DNA from: Dimorphilus gyrociliatus
Lineage: Eukaryota; Animalia; Annelida
Assembly: GCA_904063045.1 (NCBI GenBank)
Contig: CAJFCJ010000001.1
Span: 3,534,001 to 3,598,000 of the forward strand
DNA length: 64,000 bases
Reading direction: 5' to 3'
The position numbers were made by a program, and so were the translations under genes. The notes beneath the pieces are model-generated. The model was given only the letters and a program-made list of their open reading frames with translations. It did not search any database and was not told the DNA's origin. Positions 13,567-28,025 of the stretch are shown here, piece by piece. Numbering within the stretch: position 1 is the stretch's first letter; every line of letters starts with the position of its first letter.

Positions 13567-15358
13567 AAAAACAAAAAAAAAAGAGAGAAAAACTCAAATG
13601 TTTTACTGCAAATGCTCAATTTTTCGCATTTACTCGCAAAACTGGATCAATTACTCTTTCATTTTTAAGCAATCATTTCGTTCTACGGTAAACGGGGCTT
13701 TTTGCATTCGAAATTTACAGTAATTAGACGTCAATTTGGTTTTTGGTTAAGAAATATGCATATATTGTTTAGGAGTATATACAGCATATATACTTTCTTT
13801 TCTTTATACATATCGTACATCCCCTTCTTACGCTCTCTTCTTAAAACCATCCTTATACCATTATTAACAAAACGCTCCTTTGTATGTTCCTATTCTTTTA
13901 TTTAATTAGCTTTCTTCCTTGTATCATCCTGTCTAATAAATAAATAACACCTTCTTGGCGTCAAATTACATAAGTATTTGTCGGAATTATCTAAATGACC
14001 GATAAGCTTTGCCTTTTTCCTTCTTAATCAGGAGACAAAGCATCAGTAATTGCATTAGATTATTTGTTTCTTTCAATTTCCTGAAAAGCAATTAATTTCT
14101 TCAACTCAAAAAGCCCTAAGCCGTAATTAATGTCAGAAAATGACAAATTAACTAGCTATTCTGAAATAATGTACATAATTTGTATTGTAAATGAATTCCA
14201 ACAAAGGTGCTATAGATGATGAAGACATCAAGAAATTGTGGGGCTTGTAAAATTCTGCAGTATTCAGCAGCAACTCTTGTTTCTCTTAGAAATAACCTTA
14301 CTTTTTGTGTTTTGTTGAATATTCAATAAATAATTACTTTTTACGTAAATTATTCAAAATATCTTTAAAACATGAATCTTTCATTGCTGTCTCTTTCTTC
14401 TCCCCTCCCCTCTCTCTCTCTTCTTTATCTTTCTCAGGCTTTACCTATTTCGATATACTCTCCCCCCACCCCTCCCCTCTCCTTTCCTCTTCCTACTTCC
14501 TTCCCAGTCCTCTTTCGTCCTTCTCCTCTTCTCTCGCTCTTTCTCTCCCCCCTCCGTCCCTCTCTCTCTCTCTCTTTTTCTCACCCATTCTCACTCTCTT
14601 TTCCACCCTAAATCAGTCACGCCCAAACGCCTAAAATGGATTCAATCAACAATTATACAAAACTCTTTTCTAAACCTTCAACAAATATATCCCCACCTCC
14701 CCTTCCTTCGAACTAATAAATGATCCCTCTTTTTCTATCTAGCCCAATTCCCCTCTCCATTATTCCTTTATTTGATATCAAATTATGACTTTTTCCCTTT
14801 TATATGTTTGTGTTTGTCGGGATTATCATCTTATACCCTGGTTCTTTCATATGGTCAGATCGAACGCTTGATCTATTTCGGTCGACGGTTATAGTTTGTA
14901 AGTCCACAAGTCGCCGACTTTGCTAAGGCAATTGACTGACAAAAAGGCTCGCAGAGGCGATTTTCTTTCGGTTGGCCGATCGGTCGTCTTTGCATATTTT
15001 CTTGTACAGATACGAGTAATAAATCACTGTTAGAGAATGCGGTAATATACTGCTACCCCAACAACTACTTCTGATATCACTACAACCGCCTCTGTTGTTT
15101 TTACTACTGTTGCTCTACTAATGCTTTAGCTGCTGTTTTTCCTATTTGCTGCTACCATTACTGACATATCTTTTACACCATTTTCATATACCCTCCTCAA
15201 TATATCTCTATTTGGTATAAGAGTAACTCTTATATCATATTCCATTTACTCTGACAGTTTCAGGAAATCAAATAAAAGATTTCTATCATAACAAACTCGA
15301 ATCAAATTTCCAACAAGTTGACAAACAAACTTGGTTGCTGTCCTACTTTGAACCATAT

Positions 15359-15398
<40 letters not shown>

Positions 15399-16365
15399 CA
15401 GCGACAGCGTATGAGTGAGTGAAAAAGAGAAGAAAAAGGAAGTTGAGAAAGAGTAAAAAGAATAAAGGAAGGAAAAAAGGCATTGATGATTAAATGAAGA
15501 AAAGACAAACGATTAAACAAACAGTCTTTTAATTAAACTGTTGGACGGCTTGAGAGAATTTCTAATTGGTCACAAGAAAGCTAAAAAAATCTATCTATGA
15601 TGGGTAGGCAGGGAGATGGAACGGTAAACAAAGTGGGAAAAAATTGAATGAATGTGGCCGTTGAGATTAATAGAGTCTTATCTTGCTTGTCACGTGATTT
15701 GGACGGGCTAATTCCACTGCAAATCCAATCTAAATCCGTTGCAGATTTGCTGGCGGAAAAATATGCCATTTGCCAATGGGATAAATAAATTCTGAATATA
15801 AATAGGATTTTTTCCTTTACTTTATCAAATTAAAATAAAACGTCTTAAAATTATTTTTAATACTTTTTTGTTTTGTCTCTTTTCTATCCGATTCCGCGTT
15901 CTATTTAGTTCTCTCCCGCCCTCACTCCCCCCACCCCTACCCTCTCTCTTACTTGTACGCAGTTCTTTTTTTTCTATTGCTCTTGGTGCAAGACGAATTG
16001 ACGAATGATCGAGATGAAAGAGCCTGGGATAGATAGATGGAAGCAAGTAAGAGCGAAAGAAAGAGAAAGAGAGAAAGAGAGTGAGTAATAAATAGGCAGA
16101 ACGGAAAGAAAGAAAGCGAGAGAAATAGGATTTCGGAAGAAACATCCTAGAAAAGGAGAGACAAGTGGTAGGTCTACAAAGAAAATGGGAAACAAAAATA
16201 GAATAAAGATTATCGTCTCAAAAATGTTACAAGCTAAAAATATCATCATTTTGTATTTTACTTTTCAATGTATTTAAAAAAATGGAAAAAAAAACAAACC
16301 AGATGCCAAAATCTAAATATTGGATAAACTAGACACGAAAATAATAAATGAATTTAAATTCCTTT

Positions 16366-16367
16366 TC

Positions 16368-16425
<58 letters not shown>

Positions 16426-16441
16426 TCTCCCTCTCTCTCTC
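16366..16441. repeat. Long, near-perfect (CT)n microsatellite
   Basis: About 75 bp of CT repeats with occasional CC interruptions. Confidence 0.95.
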
Positions 16442-18907
16442 GTCCTCTGATAAGATTTCGATGAGAAGAGAGGAATAACGCAAGAAGCAAGTAAAGAGAA
16501 AAATATGAAAGATAAGAGGCAATTTTTCAAATGGAAAATAATGCAAGTTATCTCCAAAGATCACGTAAATGAATGATATACAATGAAGGTTGCAAGTTTT
16601 TTCTACTTCATTGTCTTTTCATCTATTTTTTACTCTGTTTATTTCGCTTTTATGCGTACGCATAGGATGAGTATTTGGGTGGAATAAGAACTCGGCCTAT
16701 CTGAACATTGTTAAAGAGAAAAGGGAAGAGTGAGAAGTAGAGTGAGAGTGTGACAGTGTGAGAGAGGGAGAGATATAAAAAGAAACGTGAAAAAACGGAT
16801 ATAGAGAAAGAGAAAGAGAAAGTGGGGGAGAGGAAGAGGGAGAGGGAAGAGGGGCAAAGAAAGAGTCAACTTTGATTATGGAGGTTAAATGCAAAAGATG
16901 ACAAATCAATTTTATAGACAAATAAGAGGTGGCAGGAGTGACCACGTTAAAAGTTTTCACCTAAACCTTATGGTTTAAAGAGCTAGTTCCATTCGACAAT
17001 TTTAAGGGCAAAAGGAAAGAAATAGTGAAAAGGTAAGGAAAGAGCGGCTATAGGAGGCGGTGTGGGAGGGGCTTACGACAAAAAGAATTTTATTAGAAAT
17101 GTTTCACCCGTAAGCCTTAAAAAGAATTACCATCTCTAATCAAGGGTAAATTAGAAAAGAAGATAAGGGCTAATCATTCTCTTTTTATAGTATGGCTAAA
17201 AACAGCTTAGAAGAACCGTCTACGTTCCGCCTTTGAGTTTGATAATTAAAGAAAAAGTGTAAAAGGTTGATTCAATTTTCGGACTGCGGCCTTTGCCTTA
17301 TCTTGCGCAAGAGGTTAGGAGAGAGCACAAATAGATTGATGGTAATGGGTGAAGGAATTTATTCCCTTACATTCCTCTCTTCTCTTATTTCGTTTCTCTT
17401 CTCCTTGTCAGTTAATTTCATTCATTCGTTTATTCATTCATTCATCCGTCCAACTAACTATCTATTCATTCGTTCACCCACACATCCATCTATTCGCCCA
17501 TTTATCCATCTTCTACCGTCCATTCGTTGGAGGAAAACCTCTTCCTTTCTTCGTTCACCTCTATTAAAGTATATTATTTTATTGTGAGGCATAGCGGGAA
17601 TTTCATCGACTAGCGGGCAGAATGACAGCAACAGTTGCCGCTCCACTAACTACAATATCAATAAAGACAACTAGTACTATAAAAAAAAACACTTGTACCA
17701 TTAATAATAATATTAATAAAGGCGCGAAGGGGAAAAGGAAGCAAGAGGAACGATATGATCATTGGATAATAACATTACAACAAGTACTACTCCTACTACT
17801 AAGACTCTTACTACTGTTCTTTTTTTAATAAAAGATTAGCGTCTCTTCTCTAATCTGAGCGTAGAGCTTAAAATAGCTTTGCGAATCTATTTGAAAACGC
17901 CATTAAAGAAGTTTTAATTGAATAATAATAGATATTTACATTAAAAACTTGATTGTAAACGACACGGATGCATATAATTAATGATATAACAATATTAAAA
18001 GATTACGAAAAATTCGCTGTTAATTAGCAGGCGTTATGGAATCTAATTAAGTGTCGACGTCTCTTTCGACGCCGCGTAGTGGAGCTACAATATAAACATT
18101 GACATGGGCGACTAGTAGTAATAAGAATGGGAGCGTGCATTTCTGTAGGCAATTTGATAGGAAGTTTTGTAGAATGTTAATAACTGATTTAGCGATTTAG
18201 ACGAGTATCTAATATCTGACGAATCCAATTGAATGGTTAACAAAGGCTTTAATCAATAGAATTCACTCCTGTCTAGATTATTTCTTATTTTAATTTACTA
18301 AAAGAAAAATTGGAGAAGGAAATGCAAAACCCTCGGAGATTAGCCATCAGACGCAGAAACGATCATAATCCTTTTCCTATTTAATTATTACATATAAATA
18401 AATAAATACCAACTGCGAAAAGAAAGCCAATTCGACGAGAGAAGAACCTTTCTCCGAACCAGGAGGAGAGAATGAGAATTGATGGCAAAAGCGAACATTT
18501 TCCCTCATTTTCTCATCCTATTCCTCCTCTTGGCGGCAAAGAAGGATTAAAAGGAGAGAGGACACATATTATTAAAGAATTTTACGCAATTATTAAAGGA
18601 AAAGAATAAAGAGAAAGACAGAAATTTGTAAGACATGCGCATAGGTTTCCTTAAAGGCGTATTATTTGAATAATTGAAGAAGGTCGAATCGTGGTTGTTT
18701 TGTAGTATATACTTACAATAATGCCATGTTAAAACTGTAATATCCCTAAAAGAGGCTATTACTTTTTCTATTCTTCTTCTTCCTTCAAACTCGTTCCCCT
18801 TCCATTTCGTTCTTCCTTTTCTCTCATTCTCTTTCTGTGTGTTTGTGTGCCTTTTTCCTTTCTTCCTCTCTCCCCTCTCTCTCTCTTTATCTATATATCT
18901 ATTTCTT

Positions 18908-18947
<40 letters not shown>

Positions 18948-21900
18948 TTTATCTTTTCCTTCCTCCCACTCTTGTCCTTAGATAGAATATAATTATATCA
19001 ATGAATCCTAATAATACATTTTTTATATTGTATATATTAGAAAGGGAAGATTTATTTATACTATAGAAATGTAGATAGTATATAGTATATATATAAATAT
19101 ATATAGCTGTTACTATATATGGAAATATATTAGGACAAAAAAAAAGTTTAAGAAAGAGATAACAGTTGTAACGTCGGTAATAACGGCAATAAAAGTAAGG
19201 ATTTAATTAATCCCTCAAACCCCGTTAACGACCATTTTTGTATCGAAAACCAACATTTTCTTTCTCTTTTACACTATTTCCCGCCATTTTAATCGATTAA
19301 TTAGTATCATAAAACATTCGTAGTATTATATTAATTATTTATAAAAATATCATTATTATTCACTAAATATTCGTCTTTTACTGATCTATCATTCTTCTTA
19401 TTTGTTTGTAGACCTATTATCTATCTGTCCCTCTCTCTCTCTCTCTCTCTTTCTTTCTTTTCTCTGCCTCTTTCTCTCACTCTCTCCTTTCCTCCCCTTC
19501 TCTGCTCTCCTTCTCCGTGTCTCCGTGTCCTTCTTATCAGCTTTTCCCTCGTTATGATATCTGTACTAGTGTTTGTCGTTGGCAGCTTAATCGGTTTTTT
19601 AATCGTGTTTCGTAGTTTTGAAGGGATAGTTACTTTGTTTTAATTGAAAGGTAATGCAATGAATACAAATAAGAATAGAAGCATGTTAGTAAAATCAAAC
19701 AAGAAAAGGCTTAAAAGATGACAAAAAAATGTCGCCTTTCTCTTTTTCAACTTGTAGAGAATATCAGTAAAGACGTCTTAGGCTAATCACATGTTTTACG
19801 CGCCAGCGATCATCATAAAAGCGTCTTATGTTAGCTTTTGAGAGACGGAATCTATTTTCGATGATGTCGAATCGCCTGTTTGAAGATGGTTAATAGTGTG
19901 AATATAAAGTGCAAAAAATCATAGGGAATAACATCCAATTGTCTCTTTTTTACATAATTTGCAGAAATGACCAGTTTTTTTATCTTTCTTTCTCTTTTTC
20001 CCATATTCCATTCCCGTTTTTTTCTCTACTTACTTTTGCAAAAAACATCTCATTTAAATATTCTACAAACTTATTGACATTAAGGTAAATAGAAAGAATT
20101 TCAACTGTAGCGTTGATCGTCTGCAGTGTAAGCGCAAGCTGATATACTGTATATATCGAAACTATATACGGTATATATATATACAATATATATACATTTG
20201 TAACTCCATTCATCGTTGGGCCGTCTCTTTTTCTGTCTCCCTGGCGCCTACTCGAGGACGAAATTTGCATCCGAAACAAATGAAAAAGCTCGAAGGCGAA
20301 GGAAAGAGGAAAAGAGAGTTTTTCATAACCATTTATATGGAAATTAATTGGTTGCGAAAAGCGAGTGTTTATAATACAGTAAGAGGGTATTTATGCAAAT
20401 CACATTCCAGCATTTCAATTATTTCAACTCCAACAAAACTTGACCAATTCTCCTAGTCTCTCTTTATTTCTTCAAACTTTTCTCTTCATTCTATTCAGTG
20501 CGCTTCTCCTTTTCTCTTGCATACTTACAATCATTCTTTTCTCTCCTTTCCTTTTTCATTTTGCCATTTTACTTTTCTCTCTTTTCTATTTCTCATTCCT
20601 TGCCTTTTCCCCCTCCCTCTCTCTCTATCTCTTATGAAAAAATGTCTTAAAAGTGTTAACTCTTCACGCTAGAGCATCTTCACAAGATGGATTATCGGTC
20701 AAGATTCGTTCCAGAGCCGATTGGATGCAGATGAATTGGAAAATCTCTGATGTGTCATCGTTTGATCCTGAAGGGGTTAGAGACACGAAGGATAACGGGT
20801 TGGGTGGGCTTAAAGTGCATGCAAAAGTAGGAGATTAACAGAAAGAAAGAAAGAGGCTCGGAAAAGAGAGAGAGAAGAGTGCTGGGGAGCAAAAGGGGAA
20901 GGAAGAGAAAAAGGAGAGAGATAATTGAAAGATAGCGTTATGAAAGTCCAATGCCAAATTGGACTGTTGGTGAAAAATTTCGTAATTGAACATAAAAGTC
21001 GAAGGAAACTGAGATAAATGCTGATCATGATTGGTTTGAATAAGAAGAAACATATACAATGTATATAATTCCGTTGCGAGGAATTTCCTTTTAGCTTAAT
21101 ATACCCGGAATAAGACGCCTGCAGCTTAGCGAGGTCTATCACTGACCGGATATGAAGCTATTTTTGACGCTCTCTTTTAGACGAGAAAGAAGCGAAGGTT
21201 TAAAGCGTTGAAAAAGCGGCGCCCGAGAAGACAGCCGGCGTTTCCACTTCAAAGACTCCTATTTATGAAACCCCTCAAATAATGGCCTTAGAAATTCTTC
21301 CTTACTGGCTTAATCACACTATTCAGGTGTCATTAGAGAATGGAAATATTATTAGTACTCGTCTCTGAATCATTCACGCAAGGTAAAGCCGATCCAAGTC
21401 AAGTCACACACAATCACTTAATCTGTTCCTTTCAGCCCATTTTTATTCAATCTGTATCAATCTATTAGAAAAAGAGAAAAGGGTTGTGCTGTGTTTGGTT
21501 GGCGTGGAGGGGGTTGGGGGGAGAAGGGGGGAGAAAGTGGAAATGGATGAAAAGTAAGGAAGAAGAAAATAAAAAAAGACTCAAGTTTTTGTAAAGAGAT
21601 AAAAAAAAAGTTAAATAAAAAACTTTTGCTTATAAAAAAGAAAGAGAAAGTTTAGAGACTTAATTTGCTTCTTTCTTCTTAGTTATTCTTAATTTAAAAA
21701 ACGTGATAAACACTAATCTTCTGTTTCTTATTTATCATTATTAAATCAAGAATTGGACGTATTAATCTCTCTCATCAGTTCCAGTCTTGCATTCATTTAA
21801 AGAAGCGATCAAACGATAATTTTGCAATTGGAATTTCTGGAAAAACGAACGGTTTTGTTTCTGTTTTCTAGAAAGAATCGGCAGGGATTGGTACGGACGG

Positions 21901-24900
21901 ACGGGGGAAGATATTAGCTAGCTTAGGTGGGGAGAGAAGAGAACTAAGAAAAAAGAGTTTTTATCTCAAAGCGTATCGTGTAAAGATAGAATAAAAGAGG
22001 AGAAAAAAGGAAGAAAGGAATAGGCAAACGAAGGAGAAATATGAAAAGTGAGAGAGAAAAAAAGGAAGAATATAAGCAATTATTTGCAAGAAAAGAAATA
22101 ATTCGACATACAGAGCATGCATGTAGTAGTTTATTACAAGTGGAGCGTACAATCAGGATACTTGATCTAGTAGGATGAAGATCATGGCATACAATGGAAT
22201 CTGTTTGAAAGAAGAACCTAATTAAAAAAAAAACGGTAGGTAGGTAGGGAATGGAGATCATTTTCGTTCCTTTTTAAAACAGCGCCGATTCTCCTTGTTT
22301 TGGAACGACGAACCAACGTCGTCCTCTTTCTTTTTAAACTCTTTCTTCTTTCATCAAAGATTTGCTAGTTTTGTTAAAAGTCAAGCGTCTTTTCTATTTC
22401 TTTAAATGTTATCTTAAGAAAATCTGGAAAAAAAGGTCTCTTTTACAGTCAAATATTTGATCGTCATTTCACGGTCACCGCCTCTTGGTCCACGGGGAAT
22501 GTCGAGCGTCTTTTTAAACGCTGCCTTGGCTATTGATTGCAACTGACAAGCGTTTGAATGACGCCTGTTTGGACTTGCTTATACGAAATTGAAAGAGGCA
22601 AGAAAGCAAACAATTATCCGTCTAAATGAGTTTAGATGATATTTGAAGGTGAAGAGGGCGTTGTTCTTGATCGGTCAACTAAGACTGTAACCAGCCTGAT
22701 GAAGCGTGCGCAACGACCCGATCGGTTAAATCTGCCCATCAGCACGAACATTATAAGAAAGAAGTTGGGAAATTTCCTGATAGAAAACGATATATAAGAA
22801 AGATAAAGAGACAGATAGATAGAAAGATTAACATCTAGTTGTAAAAGAAGTAACGTAGAGAGAAAGACAGAGAGAGGGAGAGAGTAGAGAGGTAAGGTGG
22901 TGGGAGAGATTAATACTATTCAAATAATATGTTAAGATAAATAAGGTAAAAAAAATCTGTTCAAACACGGGTTAAGTGAAATTTGTAAGATTAGAAAATT
23001 GAATGAATATACAAAGAGAAAAGAGAAAAGCGAGAGAAAAGCAGAATAGAGATTTTATAAATAAAAATTGTAACAAAAAAGAAAAATTGAAAGGAAAGTG
23101 AAAGGAATAAAAGATAGATAGACAGAAAGAGAGAGAGAGAGAGAGAAGGAGGGAGGAAGGGAGGAATAGAAGGAGGAGATAGACTTGGCTGAAGGAGGGA
23201 GTTGGAGAAAAACGTAAGGTTAATAGAGAGTTCGATTCGTCCATTGTGTTGAAAAGATATTTATAAAACGGATAAGTGTTTGAAAAATATTAAGAAATTC
23301 TTCAATTTCAACTTTTTTTCAACTTTTACAGATCGAATAACTTCTCAATAAATTCTGTAAAAAACAAATTCTTTTCACTCGACAATTCGATCTACTTCTA
23401 CAGCTGATGCTTTCGACTCCCCTGAGTATAAAGAAATGTGACTTAAATTCGTTAGCTGTCATTGATTTCCTAAGAATAATACATAGTTAATGTTTGATTA
23501 CACAATCCTTCCAGCTTTTCATTTACTCTACCAATAAGAATAAGACGACTTGCAACTCGATCCCCCTTAGGCCTAACTTTTTTAATATAGGCAATATTTA
23601 CAGGACCGTCGTTTATCTAATGCCCGACAGAAAATATTTTTTTACGTTTTTTTCCATCTCTATTCCTCTTCCTCCTTCTCCTCCCCCTCTTCCTCCCGCT
23701 TCTTCTTTTGTTACTCTCTTTTTTCCTCCCTCCTCTTATCCTTCTTGTCTTTCTTTTTCTTCTCCTTCTGCTTCTTCTTCGTATCTACTTCATTCTCCTA
23801 TTTTCCCCTCTTCTTTTCTCTTAACAACACTACATCTACTGTAATATTTATACAAAGCAAACACCATATACAATTTACTTATATACATATATTTATATTT
23901 ATACTTTACTTTACGTTATACATGTTTATTCTCTAGTTTTGTCATTGGCCTTTCGCTCTTATTCCCTTCTTATCTTTACTCTTATTTTTATCACTCACTC
24001 TCTCCCTCTCTCCCTCCCTCCCACTATTCGCCCCAATCTAGTTCACTCGTTCATTTAGTCACTCAAACGCATCTCCTAGTTAGCTCGCCCATTCCGCTCT
24101 TCTCACTCATCCACCATGTGCTTTCCTTCTGCTAAATTCTCAAATCGTTCTGTTTTTTAGCATATCCTTCTCCTTTAGTTATTCAATCATTATAGACATG
24201 AATCGAAGTAAAGCGAAGGGGAAAATGCTAATTTTCAACTGATAGGTAGAGACATCTACTGCAAAGAAAGGCTACTTAACCTAATTCACTCAACACAATA
24301 GTCTTTTATATTTACTAATTTCGTAATAATAGTCATCTGACTATTTTTATGTTGTTATTCATCTAGTTTTTAACGTCCTTTTAGTCGGTCATAAAGTTTT
24401 ATCTAACTTCCTCACCGCCCATGAGGTATCCTTAATTCTCTCTATCTTTCTTAAGCTAAAGAATACAAAGAAGCGACTAGGAAAAATATGACAAAAAAAA
24501 CCATATGAATGCCAATCGATTGAGCAGAGAAGGAATGGAAGAGGGAAGAAAGAGCATACAGAACGAGAGAGGTAGAGACAGAGAAAGAGAAAGACATAGA
24601 TAGACGGATGATAGACTGACTGACTGACAGAATAGAAAGGAAAAAAGAGAAAGAGGGGGGAAAAAATAGTCATTGAACATGCATCACGAATCAAAGTAGA
24701 ATATACCTCATCGCTGTTGCATAATTAAAAAGAAAAAAAGACGTTTTAGCCGGATAAAACTATCATAAAGCCATTCGTTTTACAGCGCTTCCTGCCATGC
24801 GTATCGTAGAAGCATATAAACTTTAATAAAAAGGTAATTACAATGAATAAGAACAGGTGTAAAATGATTATTTATTTAAATATAAAGAGAAGCAAACTTT

Positions 24901-25084
24901 CTTTTCGTTTCAACTTTTAGTCTTGTACAAATATTGAGAGAAAGTAAAAGGAAAAGAGCGTTGTAGATGGATTTATTCTAGGAAAGGGGACAAGGAACGA
25001 GAGACAGATACAGGGAGAAGGGGTAAAGTAGGGGCGGAGTTTAACTGATGTCAGGAATCGCTGTAATAGCATCGATAGCATGTC

Positions 25085-25201
25085 TATTTGTTTGTTTGTT
25101 TGTTTGTTTGTTTGTTCTTGTTTCTGTCCTTCAATCTATCTAGTTTATTTATCTATCTATCTATCTATCTATCTAACTACCTATCTATCTATCTATCTAT
25201 C
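25085..25201. repeat. Compound microsatellite (TTTG)n followed by (TATC)n
   Basis: Seen directly. It generates the spurious ORFs 25080..25397 and 25088..25357. Confidence 0.9.
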
Positions 25202-25502
25202 TGTCGATCGCTTGATCGAACTGTCTTTTTTCCTGATTTTCTTCTCTCCACCCCGATCTTTCTCTCTTCTTCTCTCGTCATCTTTCCTCAACTGCCTCCA
25301 TCGGTCATGGAGCGTTTATCAATCTTCATTCGTTCTACGTACAACCGAATACACTAACTACTATTGGACGGTGAAAGAAAGAACGATAATAGAATAAAAT
25401 ATATAAAGCCAAGTTGGACGGAACTCTCAATATAAAAAGTCACAATTTATTTGTTCTGATTGGTTTGTTTGTTTGTCTGTTCGTTTGTTTTTTTGTTTTA
25501 TC

Positions 25503-27354
25503 CTAAACGTAAAAACCTTTTAAGCCTTGAACTACCTTTTGGCTTGGTTCGTTCAAAAATACCCGTGGAGATAGTTTGTCTGAGCATTTGCTAGAAGTTG
25601 CCGAACACGGAGTTAAAGATCTGGCGGTAGATGGCGCTCTATTTGGAGAATCTACGCCCGAATCTCCTTCTCTTATCCTCTTCATCTGCTCCCTACTATC
25701 TCTTATACTTCTTACCAAAGTCTTTGTAAGTTTAACGGGACGTTTCGGTTCTATATGATGGCACAGTGTTGAAAGTTCAGATTGAGTTATGGAAATGCTG
25801 CTGGGAGTTTTAGAAAGAACACTAGCAGTTTCGTAGTCCTTTCTGTCAATGCCTCGACGACCAGGTTCGTTGTCGTTGTCGTCATCGTCGTCGTCGTCGT
25901 TGTTTTCTCCCCTACTGACGTGGTCGACTGACGCGGAAACGTGCGACAGAGAAATCCTAGAGGACCACGTTGAACCGGCGACTGTTGAAAAAAGAATTTC
26001 GTTGTCGTCCAAGTCATTACTCAGCCATAAATTCTCGGAAATTTGGTTTGCTGTTTTAGGTAATAGTGGTACTAGATGACCAATTTTGTCAACAGAAAAT
26101 TGCACAGAGCAGTCATTAACCTTTGACACTTTGACTTTGTCAGGAGCCTTTTTTAAGGCGAAATGCAATTGAAATTTCGTATTTTTAGTTGATTTAAGTA
26201 TAAATAGGCAAAAATCATTTCTTATAATTGTAGCATTCTGAGCGATAACTAGTGAATAAAAGTTGATTTGATCCTGCCAATTTTTATGCGACACGAATCG
26301 AACTATACGAATTATTTCCTTTCCGTAATGAACCTGCCTAAGGGCCAATAGAGGAAGATTGGATGAACACGAATAATAGTCCAAATTGTTAAATGGATAC
26401 GGGTGAATAGAGCCCCTCGTTGTTGAATCTGTATGATGTAATACCCAAGGAGGCTTTTTCAAACATTCCTTTACCATTTTAACAGATTGCTGCTTTTCCG
26501 TCACGTAATTCTCCTTATGGAAGACCATCAGTGCTAGAGAAGATACAGTTACCGAAGGTATTTGGTCCTTGATAGACTTTTCTCCATTATCCGAATCGTC
26601 AAAGGTAAATAAATCCGAATTTTCATCGATTAAACTAAAAATTGGCTCGTATAACGATTTAACTTTTTCCTTATCACATTTTTCAACTTTAAACCTAACT
26701 GATAAGGATAGACAAGTTTCGTTAAAATTTCCCGTTTCCGAAGGTGCAGTTATCCAAGAACCTGGATGGATAGAGGAGAAGAGAACTATAAATATATATA
26801 CTGTATATATATACATATATAATATTTTATATATTTATATATAGACATTTACATTCTGCTGTAGTATTACTTGTCATCAAATTTCCCTGTACATTCTCCT
26901 TTCTTCCCTCTCATCTTTAATGTATTAAGAAAAGACAACCTCCCCTCACTCTCCCCCTCTCTCTCTCTCTCTCTCCCGTAAGGTAATACAATCCGCTTTA
27001 CAACTTTTATAAACTGATACTCGTTTAAACAACTTTTGTCTTTCTTTCGAGACAGGAAGGAGAATCATATATAAATAAACAATAACCATGTTTATACGAG
27101 GACTAATTAATTAGTATTTGAGTGAGGGTCAAGGTAAGATTACTTTTACAACTTTGCTTTGAAGCAGAGCTGTATGTAATTTATACAAAATGGTATGAAT
27201 TGTAAATAGGACATATGGATGTATACAGTATGTATACAGTATAAATACAATATATAAGTATATACAACATTTATGCTGTATATGTTGATAAAAGAGGAAA
27301 TAGTTTACCGTAATCACTGGAAATTGTCGAACTAGCTGAGCTGAAATCAGTCAT
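25503..27354 (-). CDS. FAM124: FAM124 family protein, about 434 aa; coding exons 27354..27309 and 26761..25503
   Basis: The main exon has KKPPWVLHH...RGSIHPYPFNNLDYY...LPLLALRQVHYGKEIIRIV...DFCLFIL...LQFALK-like FQLHFALKK...VQFSVDKIGHLVPLLP...ISENLWLSNDLDDNEIL, collinear with FAM124A/B motifs. An upstream exon MTDFSSASSTISSDY(G) with a phase-1 GTAAAC donor joins in frame to the phase-1 acceptor at 26762. The C-terminus is low-complexity. Confidence 0.88.
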
Positions 27355-27810
27355 GGCCGGTCTGGAGAGAAAAAAAATATGTAGATCAAGTAGGCGTATA
27401 AGAGGAAGTTGAGCATGCATTTTTAAAGGTGTCCGATTGAACGATAATAGGCCTACTCTTAAAAAAAAACCCCCCGCCTTTGATCCTGCGAATTTGTAAT
27501 GCTTTATTTATATCGTATAGACGCTTCTCATTTTACAAATATTACGAGGAAAGAGTAACATACCACACCCTCTTTTGTTGTCCTTTTATTTTGCCTCTAT
27601 TCTCTTACTAATAGGATACTTGAAAGGCGTTTCGAAATCGTTTCGTAGCTCTTTAATGTATTTATATATTTACATAAATAAACATTCTTGTTATAGATTA
27701 ATACAATATATACTATTAGTAATAATATACATATATACATACATATATACACGATACAGTATATGCAACACTTTAGGTGTCCATCTAAACGCTCCGTACA
27801 ACTATCTTAC

Positions 27811-27900
27811 CTGTGCACCTGTACAAGATGATATTGCCAACCGTCAATAGCGTATTGACAAACTTGCCTAGACTGAATACGAGAATCTAACTTGCTATAT
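27811..27900 (-). other. Probable non-coding 5' UTR exon of FAM124
   Basis: Strong minus-strand donor CAG|GTAAGA at 27811/27810 and a polypyrimidine acceptor (ttttttttctctccag) ending at 27362, 7 nt before the ATG. No ATG in the exon. The 5' boundary is approximate. Confidence 0.55.
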
Positions 27901-27914
27901 TATATGTAACTTAT

Positions 27915-28025
27915 TGCGCATGCGCATATGAGCAAACTACTAGAGAGGAGTTTTGTTTGTAATTTCTTACGTCAATCGATCGATTTTGATAGAGTGACGT
28001 TAGACCAGGGTAGCAGTGACGTCAC
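27915..28025. promoter_or_regulatory. Promoter cluster: perfect NRF1 site plus CRE/ATF sites, candidate bidirectional promoter
   Basis: TGCGCATGCGCA at 27915..27926, TTACGTCA at 27967..27974, TGACGT at 27995..28000 and GTGACGTCAC at 28016..28025. It lies between a minus-strand donor (27810) and a plus-strand donor GTAAGT (28053). Confidence 0.65.

Noticed and set aside
20653-20838. 61-aa ORF in a GC-richer island, and similar islands at 29358..29609 and 41047..41295
   Set aside because: No family resemblance and no consistent splice partners were found.
25576-26844. ORFs overlapping FAM124 in other frames or on the other strand; similarly 32803..33015 and 33302..33610 over TRAF
   Set aside because: Shadow ORFs with no independent evidence.
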